DNA of 64,000 bases from Bacillota bacterium (GCA_023460085.1 JAEWRI010000046.1:202750-266749); one strand, 5' to 3'; positions 55,385-63,972 are shown, counted from the stretch's first letter. The notes: a model not told the origin generated them from the sequence alone. Numbers and translations are program-made.

Positions 55385-57211
55385 CTATTGAACAATCAGC
55401 GAGATACTGACCTCCGCCGAGTTCAGCGCGCTGCCATCCTCCGCGTCATAGGCTTCGTATCTTATGATGGCGGCATAAACCCCCTGCGGCAGCGGCGGGA
55501 GTGCCACGACACCCACACTCTCTCCCGGATTCAGCAGCCCCGAGGTAAATACCACGGTTCCATCGTTCAGCATCAGACTGACAACCATCTGGCAGCGGTT
55601 TTCCGCCGGGTTGGCAATGCTCACACTCGCGCTGCCTCCGCCGGACGGCAGTGTCAGAGACGCCATGCCCGGTATGGAGATGGACGGCTGCACGCGATAT
55701 TGTGCCGTTGCGATAAAGCGTTCGTCGGCCAGCACAGCACCCGTACCCACTTCGACGAACTGCACCTCTATGGCCTTCATGCCGATGCCCGAAACGGTTG
55801 CCCGGAACGTATAATCGGCATCCGCGGCCGCGAATCCGGCAGGCGGGCCGTACGCGTCCGTAAGGGGCAGCCAGCCGCCCGTATCTTCATCCAGATACTC
55901 CAGCGTTACATCGGAGGGCATGGTGAAGTAGGCGCGCACCTTCTTGCCCGCGTCGTCGTGGGCAGTGGTGGTGAGCATAAATGTCTGCGGCTCGCCGGCA
56001 AAGAATTCCGGCAGATCGGCGGTGACGGCCATGGGCTGCTCCACCGTCACGGCAATGTCCGTGCCGGCCAGCACGATACCCGTCCCCACCTCGACATACT
56101 CCACGCCTATCGTTTTCGCGCCGGGTTCAGTAAATTGAGCGCGCAGCGAAAGCGTTCCGTCTGCCACCGCAAAGCCCGTGTCCGGGCCGAATACCGCGGG
56201 AAGGGGCAGCCAGTTCCCCGTGGCGCTGTCCAGATATTCGACAGCAACGCCGGATGGAATGGCAAAGTACGCCCGCACCATCCTGCCCGCATCGCCGTTG
56301 GCTATCGTGGTCAGGCTGAACTGCGCGGGCCGTCCGACACGGAACGTCGGCACAGTGGCAGTCAGCTGCATCGCGCCGGTTACGGCAACGCCTTCAACCT
56401 GCTCGGCAAGCACTTCGCCGCCGTCCGTCTTCAGCTGAAATTTCAGGCTGTACGCGCCGGTACTGTGCGCGGTAAAGCGCACGTTCATCGAAGCCGTCCA
56501 GTCGGGCGTAATGCTCGCAAACGAACCCAGCGTGCCATCCGTCACAGTCTGCCAGACACCGCCGGTTTCCACCTCCAGCGTGCCGCTGCCGCCGGTAACC
56601 TCACAGCTGAGCGATCCCGCCAGCGTATCACAGCCCAAATCATCGCTTGTCACCGAAAGTGAAAATCCCGTCGGGGCGTTCGCGGCGATCTCTTCCGGCA
56701 CCGTGGTATCCAGCGCATAGACGGAGCGCCGGATGATATAGCCGTTGGTATTGACATAATACCGCCCGGTTACCGCACCACCCGCGTCCAGCACCCATAC
56801 CTTCGTAATGGCCGAAAAGGCAGGAGTCGCATCCACGCTGTTAAACCACGTGTACGTGGAATCCACATTTTCAGATTCCATATACTTGCGGATGATTTCA
56901 CGAAAATTGACGAATTTCGTGGTAACCCCGCTTACATACGCCTGGAATCGATCCATGACGTTGCTTCCCAGCGTATCAAAGTAAAACTTTGCCAGTTTCG
57001 CGCTGTCCGCGTCCGGTTCATCCTCATATACCATATAGGAAGTGAGAAGGTCATCATAGTCGATATAATAACAGTCGGTGCCGTCTGAAATCACGTACGC
57101 AACGGGAATATCCGTCGAGCCCGTGCCAAACACAACCCGCGCGGTGCCGAAAAGCGCCGCAACGGTCAGCAAGCCTATGATCGCAATCATCAACGCTTTA
57201 TTTCTCATCAT
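55385..57211 (-). CDS. Large membrane-anchored/secreted protein with tandem Ig-like repeats
   Basis: The track start is GTG. I prefer ATG at 57209-57211 or 57206-57208 behind GGAGAAG. N-terminal hydrophobic anchor (ALMIAIIGLLTVAALFG). Two clearly homologous ~110-aa repeats (..VRAYFAIPSGVAVEYLDSATGNWLPL.. and ..VRAYFTMPSDVTLEYLDEDTGGWLPL..). Confidence 0.6.
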   Translation of the reverse strand: MMRNKALMIAIIGLLTVAALFGTARVVFGTGSTDIPVAYVISDGTDCYYIDYDDLLTSYMVYEDEPDADSAKLAKFYFDTLGSNVMDRFQAYVSGVTTKFVNFREIIRKYMESENVDSTYTWFNSVDATPAFSAITKVWVLDAGGAVTGRYYVNTNGYIIRRSVYALDTTVPEEIAANAPTGFSLSVTSDDLGCDTLAGSLSCEVTGGSGTLEVETGGVWQTVTDGTLGSFASITPDWTASMNVRFTAHSTGAYSLKFQLKTDGGEVLAEQVEGVAVTGAMQLTATVPTFRVGRPAQFSLTTIANGDAGRMVRAYFAIPSGVAVEYLDSATGNWLPLPAVFGPDTGFAVADGTLSLRAQFTEPGAKTIGVEYVEVGTGIVLAGTDIAVTVEQPMAVTADLPEFFAGEPQTFMLTTTAHDDAGKKVRAYFTMPSDVTLEYLDEDTGGWLPLTDAYGPPAGFAAADADYTFRATVSGIGMKAIEVQFVEVGTGAVLADERFIATAQYRVQPSISIPGMASLTLPSGGGSASVSIANPAENRCQMVVSLMLNDGTVVFTSGLLNPGESVGVVALPPLPQGVYAAIIRYEAYDAEDGSALNSAEVSISLIVQ

Positions 57212-57225
57212 ACTTCTCCGGGCCA

Positions 57226-57903
57226 CTAACTTTTCCGGACCCTGACGTGAGAACGGTACCCTCCGTCTTCCAGCGCCGGTACAGTCAAATAATACTTGCT
57301 CCCGTTAAACTCCATCGCCTGACCGTCATACGTGACCGTGTAGTCGCCCGCCGGATTTACCACGACCGTAACGATCATATACCCTGCCGGTGCAACCCCC
57401 TGCTTAGCGGATACCGAATACGTAAACTCGGGAGTCGGTTCCACAGACTCGCTGGGAGAGGTGGAAGGGGATGTAGACGTCGACGGTGACGCGGTCGCCG
57501 TGGACGTGGGGCGCGGGGTTGTAGAAGGCCGCGGGGTACCGGAAGGCCTTGGAGTTGAAGTCGGAGGCGCGGGGGTTGCCGTTGTGCTCTCCGTTACAGT
57601 AGCGGTTGCACTCGCCGATACCGTTGCGGTCGGCGTTGAAACCCCTCCGGATATGCTCACCGTGGGCGTGGGCGTGGGCCCTGCCAACGGCACCGATTCC
57701 TGGGGCAGTGATTCCACCGGGACAGGCGTAGGTATCATGGTGATCTGCGAAATCTGATGCTGCGCCCTGACCAGCGCGCCAACCAGAAACGCGATGCCGA
57801 CGATGACAACAATATGCAGGGGAATCAGCACCAGCCTTCTTCTTCTTTTTTTCTCTTCTTCAGGGTCTTGGCTTCTCGTGCTGCGTTTATTATCTTCAGC
57901 CAT
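57226..57903 (-). CDS. Single-pass membrane protein with Pro/Thr/Ser-rich stalk and small C-terminal domain
   Basis: Start set to MAEDNKRS (ATG 57901-57903 behind GGAGGG). Basic cytoplasmic head, TM segment (LVLIPLHIVVIVGIAFLVGALV), ~110-aa PT/ST-rich linker and a ~70-aa beta-rich end. Confidence 0.55.
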   Translation of the reverse strand: MAEDNKRSTRSQDPEEEKKRRRRLVLIPLHIVVIVGIAFLVGALVRAQHQISQITMIPTPVPVESLPQESVPLAGPTPTPTVSISGGVSTPTATVSASATATVTESTTATPAPPTSTPRPSGTPRPSTTPRPTSTATASPSTSTSPSTSPSESVEPTPEFTYSVSAKQGVAPAGYMIVTVVVNPAGDYTVTYDGQAMEFNGSKYYLTVPALEDGGYRSHVRVRKS

Positions 57904-57969
57904 GGGTTTGCCCTCCAATACGGATTTCGTACAAATGCAGGCTATGGGGACCATATATTTAAGGAAGAA

Positions 57970-58650
57970 CTACTGCCCTTCTTCAGGGGGTGAACCTTCC
58001 CGAACATCCCTGCGTGTTTTTCTTTTCCGGATTACTTGATGCAGCAGCAGCGATATCCCCGCGACAGCCGCCGCTCCCGCTGCCCACCACCAGTATGGCA
58101 CGGATGCCAGAAAGCCAGTGGACGGCACGGCTTCATCGCCGCCGTCGCCCGCTTTGACGACGGTAAGAACCGTCTCCTTTTCCCATACCGTCTTATCCGC
58201 CGGGCGGGATACCACAGTGAACCGCAAGAATGCGGTGTATGTCCCGTCTGCTGCTGCCCGGAACGCTTCCGCATCGATTTCTACAGAGACGCTGTAGGCC
58301 TCCCCCGCCTCTCTTTCGTCAAACGACTCCGGTGGATCGAACGCTACGGCATACGGTATCGCATTGCCGTCCGCCGCTGCCAGCGCCCCGGAGGACAGCC
58401 CAATGCTGAGCGTCTCCCCGCTTGCCAGCAACAGCTCGCCTATGGCAAACTCGCCCAGCGTCATGCGCGTGTTGGGATAATACAGTTCCGCGTCAGGCGG
58501 CGGCGTGAACGAATACATGGGTTCAACCACGCACTGTACGTCACTGGATGTCAGCCCCGCGCTGGCAGACGCCGCCGAAACGCCCGCAGGCAGCCACGCC
58601 AAAGTAAGCAGGACTGCCGCAGCAACGTAAAAATTGCGTCTGTGCTTCAA
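57970..58650 (-). CDS. Cell-wall-sorted protein: stand-alone copy of the FT[IV]-module plus VPSTG sorting signal
   Basis: TTG start behind AAGGAGAG. Signal peptide (..PAGVSAAS). ~130-aa module ending DGTYTAFLRFTVVS. VPSTG (58114..58128), then a 28-aa hydrophobic stretch and RKRKTRR. Confidence 0.65.
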   Translation of the reverse strand: MKHRRNFYVAAAVLLTLAWLPAGVSAASASAGLTSSDVQCVVEPMYSFTPPPDAELYYPNTRMTLGEFAIGELLLASGETLSIGLSSGALAAADGNAIPYAVAFDPPESFDEREAGEAYSVSVEIDAEAFRAAADGTYTAFLRFTVVSRPADKTVWEKETVLTVVKAGDGGDEAVPSTGFLASVPYWWWAAGAAAVAGISLLLHQVIRKRKTRRDVREGSPPEEGQ

Positions 58651-58729
58651 GATGCTCTCCTTTGATGAGGCGCAGGCTGAGCGCGAGCCATGGTTCAGCC
58701 CGCGCCCCGCCTCCTGATTTCACTTTGTT

Positions 58730-59947
58730 TTAGCCGTTATACGTAATGGTAAATACCATGGTGCCGCTGTAGCTGCCCGCCTTGACGATAGCGCCCGTGT
58801 CCACGGTCACACGGCCATCCTGCACCCCATCGCCAGAGAACGAGGCAAACTGCGCGCCAGCAGTCAGCGGACTTCCGCCGGCTGCCGTATTATACAGCGA
58901 GTAATTCAGCGTCGTAGCGGGAGTAGCCCCATCGCTCATCTTAAAGGTGCTTTGAACCGCAACATCGATATGAGCGCCTGCCTCAATTACCGCGCCCGAC
59001 GCAGCAACATCGAATTCCTGCGTTTTGGTGCCGTTGTCCTTAATCAATGTGCCGAGATTTACCACCGCCGGTATGGTAATGGTATAGACAGGGTTAACGT
59101 TGGCCGAAACATCGGTTCCCTCATCGGCGGCCACAAGCGTCAGCGACGGGTGGTTGACCGCGGCGTTGAAGATGTCGATCCTGTGCTGGGACATCATCAG
59201 CGTGGAGTTGCTCACCGTGTACGCAACCCCGGCACGCGGCTGGAAGCCGATGAAGTCAGGCGCAGCCAGCAGCGATTCGGAAAAGTCGATAGTGACGCCG
59301 CTCATGATAAGCGTGCCATCGTTTTTCCCGGAGAGCGATACGCGGCCTTTGGAAAGATACACATTCTCCAGCTTGTCCACGCTGCCCTTGCCCGCGTTGC
59401 TGTAATAAATACTGCCCGCAAAATCGCCTCCGCCACGGGCTTCCACCCGGACGCTTTTGATATACGATCCGCTGCCCAGCACTTCGATTATCTTATTCGC
59501 GCCGTTTGAATCCCAATAGTACTGGTTGTTGTTCGCAATCAGCGTCAGACTGTCCAGCGTTACGTTATTCCCGGCGAGCGTGATAAAGTTCTGCCAGTGC
59601 CAGTTACCGCCGGAAGCCGCGTCCACGACCTTGCTGCTGGTGATGACCGTGCCCGTGCCGCCTTTGATCGTGAGGTTGTTCGCCGTAATCGGGAAAATAA
59701 AGTCGGTTCCGCCATTGATGCTGATGGAAGAATACGTTGCCACCAGTCCAGGCGTCAGATCGAACGTCTTGTGCGACGCAAGCACCCACGTCTGATCATC
59801 AGCGCCGCCGCCTGCCTGACTTGCGATTGCCGCCGCAAGCTGTTCTGCCGTGCTGATGTTTACCGTGGTGCCAGCCGCGAGCGCCGCTGCGGGTACCATT
59901 GTCAGCACCAGTGCAACCACCAGGATAAGTATGAATGACTTTTTCAT
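58730..59947 (-). CDS. Secreted beta-helix protein with conserved C-terminal ..GTMVFTITY module (paralog 1)
   Basis: Signal peptide MKKSFILILVVALVLTMVPAAALA. The variable N-region is homologous to that of paralog 4. The last 121 aa form the conserved module. Confidence 0.7.
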   Translation of the reverse strand: MKKSFILILVVALVLTMVPAAALAAGTTVNISTAEQLAAAIASQAGGGADDQTWVLASHKTFDLTPGLVATYSSISINGGTDFIFPITANNLTIKGGTGTVITSSKVVDAASGGNWHWQNFITLAGNNVTLDSLTLIANNNQYYWDSNGANKIIEVLGSGSYIKSVRVEARGGGDFAGSIYYSNAGKGSVDKLENVYLSKGRVSLSGKNDGTLIMSGVTIDFSESLLAAPDFIGFQPRAGVAYTVSNSTLMMSQHRIDIFNAAVNHPSLTLVAADEGTDVSANVNPVYTITIPAVVNLGTLIKDNGTKTQEFDVAASGAVIEAGAHIDVAVQSTFKMSDGATPATTLNYSLYNTAAGGSPLTAGAQFASFSGDGVQDGRVTVDTGAIVKAGSYSGTMVFTITYNG

Positions 59948-60043
59948 TTTTTCTCCTTCGTTTTCTTATTGATATTTGCGGACACGTGACAACGCGATGT
60001 CATCGCATTGCTGTCACGGTCTTATCCGTTCTTCATCAAAAAC

Positions 60044-60079
60044 GCAGCCTGGATAAGCGGGGCTGAAGCTCAGTCCCGC
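60044..60079 (-). terminator. Possible terminator/attenuator between paralog 2 and paralog 1
   Basis: Minus-strand hairpin GCGGGACUGA-gcu-UCAGCCCCGC (one mismatch), then CAGCC..GGCUG and CGUUUUU. This is the only long (146 bp) spacer in the array. Confidence 0.4.
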
Positions 60080-60093
60080 CCCGGCCTTCGTCG

Positions 60094-61248
60094 TCAGTCG
60101 ACATAGGTAATCGTAAATACCATGGTGCCGCTGTAGCTGCCCGCCTTGGTGATAGCGCCCGTATTCACGGTCACACGGCCATCCTGCACACCGTTGCCAA
60201 GGAACGAGGCAAACTGCGCGCCCGTAAGCAGAACGCTTCCGTCTACTGCCGTATTGTACAGCGAGTAAGCCAGCGTCGTAGCGGGGCTGGCGCCATCGCT
60301 CATTGTAAAGCTGCTTTGAACCGCTACGTCGATATGAGCGCCCGCCTCAATTACCGCGCCCGACGCGGCAACATCAAATTCGCGTGTTTCGATGCCGTTG
60401 TCTTTAATCAAGGTGCCGAAGTTAACCACCGCCGGAATGGTGATGGTATAGACGGGATCCACTTTGGAATTGACCGCGGTGGTTTTGCCGCTGTACCTCG
60501 GGAACACCAGCCCATTGGCGGCGGAATAACCGGTGACCTGATTTTCCACATAGGCACCGTTATTGGCCGCGCTGATGGCCGCCACATCGTCATACGCATG
60601 CGCGTCCGGTGCGCCCGCGTTGGCGATGACCGCGATATCCACCGTGTTGCCGCCAAAGATGTTGCCTGTAAATGTGCACGTCGCATCGGTGCATACCACC
60701 CAGCCGCGCGTTCCGTATACCTTATTGTTGATAATCTGACCCGTTACGCCGCCGTCGATATAAGCCGGCTGACGCAGCGCCCTGACGAGGTTCCCTTCTA
60801 TCAGGAGGCCTGTGGCGTGAGGCGTGAGCAGCATCGCACGGGCAACTTCAGCATCTCCCAGCACATACTGCCCGGTAAAGGAGCAGTTCTTGACGACACA
60901 GTTGGCCCTTACGTTTACGATTCCCGCCTGCGCGGTCTTGTCCGTCTTCAGAATGGTCAGGCCATCCAGTGTCGCACCTGTCTGCATATCAAACACGATG
61001 CTGCTGCCGGATACGGTGATTTCGACACCCGTTGCTGCCGTAAGCGTTACGCCGCTCTTAACGGTATACACGGTGTTCAAGCTCATATCCGCCATAACTT
61101 TAACGACGGTGCCGGAGCTCGCTCCGGCGAGAGCGGTAGCAAGATCCTCTTTGGTGCTCACTTCCACCGGTGCGTCCGCCAACGCAACGGTGGGCACAAG
61201 CACGAGCACCATGATCAGCGCCAACATCAATGCGAGAGTCTTTTTCAT
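60094..61248 (-). CDS. Secreted beta-helix protein with conserved C-terminal ..GTMVFTITY module (paralog 2)
   Basis: Signal peptide MKKTLALMLALIMVLVLVPTVALA. Beta-helix-type repeats (VVKNCSFTG.., LLIEGNLV.., IINNKVYG.., TFTGNIFGG). The module is nearly identical to that of paralog 1. Confidence 0.7.
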   Translation of the reverse strand: MKKTLALMLALIMVLVLVPTVALADAPVEVSTKEDLATALAGASSGTVVKVMADMSLNTVYTVKSGVTLTAATGVEITVSGSSIVFDMQTGATLDGLTILKTDKTAQAGIVNVRANCVVKNCSFTGQYVLGDAEVARAMLLTPHATGLLIEGNLVRALRQPAYIDGGVTGQIINNKVYGTRGWVVCTDATCTFTGNIFGGNTVDIAVIANAGAPDAHAYDDVAAISAANNGAYVENQVTGYSAANGLVFPRYSGKTTAVNSKVDPVYTITIPAVVNFGTLIKDNGIETREFDVAASGAVIEAGAHIDVAVQSSFTMSDGASPATTLAYSLYNTAVDGSVLLTGAQFASFLGNGVQDGRVTVNTGAITKAGSYSGTMVFTITYVD

Positions 61249-61293
61249 TGGTTCTTCTCCTTAATTATGATTTCTTTGCGGTAACCGCTTTAA

Positions 61294-62634
61294 TTAATCC
61301 AAATAGGAAATCGTAAATACCATGGTGCCCCGGTAACTGCCCGCGGCAGTGATTGCGGATGGATCCACGGTGGTACTGCCATCCTCCGTGCCATTGCCTG
61401 TAAAGGTTGCAAATGCGGCGGGCGGGGTTATCTGCCCCGATTCGTTGCTCAGCGTATATGCCAAGGGTACGGAACCCGCCCCGTTATCGTCCTTCATCAC
61501 GAAAGGACCCGCAACGGATACAACGATGGAAGCCCCGTCGCCGACAAGTACATCTCTCGCCTCAATGTCGAACTCCTTCGTAACCGGACTGCCTTCCCTG
61601 ACAAGCGTACCGAAATCTATGGCAGCCGGAATCACGATGGTGTAGGCAGGACTGACATCTGCCGTTACCTCGGTACTGTCAAAATGCGGACAGGGCGCGC
61701 TGTCCCTGAGATCCAGCATGCTCGCGGTAAAGCCGGTAAACGTGCCGCCCCAGTAGACATCCGTGGATGCAAGGTACACCGACAGCGCGGGCGCATTGAC
61801 CACATTGCCCAGGATATCCGAGCCCGTTATCACCACATTGACCTGTGTGGATGCCCTGAATACGATGGCGTCCCCGCCCGGGCAGGATAGTACACTGTCG
61901 GTAATGGTGAGGGTACCATTATTGGCTGTGCCCGCAGTCTCGCCCAGGCGTACCGCGTAATCCGGCGCGTTGGCGTTAATGCGCACATTCGTCAGTGTAA
62001 TATCGCTGCTGTTGTTGGCATTGATACCGGAATTCGTATCATTTGTGACGATATTCTCCACCGTAAGCGTGTGGCATCGGGCCTGAACGACACAGTCGAG
62101 CCGCGCAAACGTGCAGTTCCGTATCGTAGTGTTATAGGCCGTATTGCCGCCCGAGGAACCAGCCTGCACCGCAAAGGTGTATTCTCCCGATTCGTCCCCG
62201 GTGAAATCACAATCCTCAATGGTCACGTTGTGCGCGTACTTTTTCATATCGATTGTGTACACATGCGTCGTAAGAGTGATTCCCGTCTTATCAAACGCCA
62301 GCCCGCGGATGGTCAGCGTGTCCGTACCCGCGTTTCTGTTTGCGCCGTCGATGACCATATTGCCTTGGAATACAGCCCCGGTTTGTCCGGCAATGACGAT
62401 ACTCTTGTCTGCCTGCTGCAGTATCTGCACCGTCTCGTTATAGGTACCGGCTTTCACCACGATTTCCCACGTTCCCGCGGCACCTGCCTGCACCGCGTCA
62501 ACCGCGGACTGAAGGGTCGTGTACGCCTCACCCGGCCCTACGTTGAGGGTGTAATCCGCCGCCAGCGCAATTGTCGGCATGAGTACCAGCATCATCATCG
62601 CTGCCAGCAAAATGAAAAGCGCTTTTTTCATCAT
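61294..62634 (-). CDS. Secreted beta-helix protein with conserved C-terminal ..GTMVFTISY module (paralog 3)
   Basis: Signal peptide MMKKALFILLAAMMMLVLMPTIALA. Right-handed beta-helix-like repeats (NVTIEDCDF, NTTIRNCTF, TLTVENIV, ITLTNVRI, TLTITDSVL). This is the most divergent copy of the module. Confidence 0.7.
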   Translation of the reverse strand: MMKKALFILLAAMMMLVLMPTIALAADYTLNVGPGEAYTTLQSAVDAVQAGAAGTWEIVVKAGTYNETVQILQQADKSIVIAGQTGAVFQGNMVIDGANRNAGTDTLTIRGLAFDKTGITLTTHVYTIDMKKYAHNVTIEDCDFTGDESGEYTFAVQAGSSGGNTAYNTTIRNCTFARLDCVVQARCHTLTVENIVTNDTNSGINANNSSDITLTNVRINANAPDYAVRLGETAGTANNGTLTITDSVLSCPGGDAIVFRASTQVNVVITGSDILGNVVNAPALSVYLASTDVYWGGTFTGFTASMLDLRDSAPCPHFDSTEVTADVSPAYTIVIPAAIDFGTLVREGSPVTKEFDIEARDVLVGDGASIVVSVAGPFVMKDDNGAGSVPLAYTLSNESGQITPPAAFATFTGNGTEDGSTTVDPSAITAAGSYRGTMVFTISYLD

Positions 62635-62674
62635 TGTTCTCCTTTTGAACTGATATTGCTGAGCGCGCGCCCGC

Positions 62675-63934
62675 TCAGTCGATATAGGTAATGGTAAATA
62701 CCATGGTTCCGCTGTAACTGCCCGCCTTGGTAATAGCGCTGGTATCCACCGTCACCCGTCCATCCTTAGGGCCGCTTGCGGTGAACGACGCGAACTCTGC
62801 GTTATTGCTGAGTTTGCTGCCGCCTTCAGCCTGGTTGTATAACGAATATCCAAGCCACGTAGGCGGGGTCGCTCCGTCGCTCATCTTAAACTCGCTCTGG
62901 ACATTTACGTCGATATGCGCACCCGCCTCAATCACAACATCCTGCGCGACGATGCTAAAGTCCTTAGTTACAAGGCTGCTGCCTTTAACCATCGTTCCAA
63001 AATCTACGCTTGCCGGAATGATGATAGTATAGGTGGGGCTCACAGCGGCGGTTACATCTGTTCCGGTATCCTTAACCAGCGTAGTGCCCAGCGGCGCTTG
63101 TTCAAAGATCTGCTGCTGTTCATCCGCCAATTCGTCATAAATTATGGTGAAATCGACCGCGTTAATGACATCCGGGTTTTTGCTGATCACGCGGTAGAGA
63201 TCCGGTCTGTAGCCCGCATACCATGATCCGCGGAAGTCGATGGTGGTTCCGCCCGTCAGGTTCAGCGTACCGGCGCTGACATAGGAGGTGCCGCAGGAAA
63301 TCCAGGCCTGCGTTACCAGCACATTGTCCAGCGTCGCCGTACCGATATCCTTGTCGGAGTTCTGAGGGTTGAAGAAAATGCTGCCCGCAAAGTAGCTGGT
63401 GTAGCCTTCCCAATAATCTGTGTCCGATCCGACCGCTATACCCAGCTGAGCGCAGTAGTCCTCGTGGGTGACAACATTGTTGTGCAGAATATCAATGTTC
63501 CTCAGCGTTACATTCCGCCCCATCACTTCAAACGCTTTATTGGTGTCGATCTTTGGCCGGACGGTCAAATCCTGGACCGTCACGTCATCGCCGGCAATCG
63601 CAAACATATTCTGGCTTGCCCAGCTGCCGTTTCTTGAAACTTTAGAGCTCGTAATCACCGTTTTATCGGTGCCCGCGCCATTAATGGTGATACCGTTTTG
63701 AACGATTGGAAAATACCACCCGGTCTGTCCTCCATATGAAATGGTCATGTTTCTGCTGATGTCATAGACCCCGGCCGCAATATTCCACGTCTGGCCCGGT
63801 GCCTGATTGGCGATGGCCGTCTCCAGCTCCGCGGAGGTCGTGATGTTCACCGTTGTCCCCTCCGCGAGTGCCACGGCGGGCACCAGTGCCAATACCAGCG
63901 TAAGCGCCAACATCACTGCTAAAATCTTCTTCAT
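62675..63934 (-). CDS. Secreted beta-helix protein with conserved C-terminal ..GTMVFTITY module (paralog 4)
   Basis: Signal peptide MKKILAVMLALTLVLALVPAVALA. The N-region is homologous to paralog 1 (GTTVNI[ST]T..L..AIA.QA..QTW). Module present. Confidence 0.7.
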   Translation of the reverse strand: MKKILAVMLALTLVLALVPAVALAEGTTVNITTSAELETAIANQAPGQTWNIAAGVYDISRNMTISYGGQTGWYFPIVQNGITINGAGTDKTVITSSKVSRNGSWASQNMFAIAGDDVTVQDLTVRPKIDTNKAFEVMGRNVTLRNIDILHNNVVTHEDYCAQLGIAVGSDTDYWEGYTSYFAGSIFFNPQNSDKDIGTATLDNVLVTQAWISCGTSYVSAGTLNLTGGTTIDFRGSWYAGYRPDLYRVISKNPDVINAVDFTIIYDELADEQQQIFEQAPLGTTLVKDTGTDVTAAVSPTYTIIIPASVDFGTMVKGSSLVTKDFSIVAQDVVIEAGAHIDVNVQSEFKMSDGATPPTWLGYSLYNQAEGGSKLSNNAEFASFTASGPKDGRVTVDTSAITKAGSYSGTMVFTITYID

Positions 63935-63972
63935 TGGTTTTTCTCCTTCAAATGATTTTTAATCATCACCGA

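Noticed and set aside
55292-61284. Plus-strand ORFs 55292..56662, 58036..58665, 58952..59509 and 60316..61284
   Set aside because: They are antisense to the surface-protein operon. They lack RBSs and have Arg/His-rich composition. The minus-strand genes have signal peptides, RBSs and conserved paralogy.
58730-63934. Calling the shared C-terminal module a WxL domain, or the proteins S-layer/SLH proteins
   Set aside because: No W-x-L motifs and no SLH or CWB2-like repeats are visible. The similarity to WxL or chaperone-usher pilins is limited to the pattern of the last strand and the locus logic, so it is reported as an analogy only.
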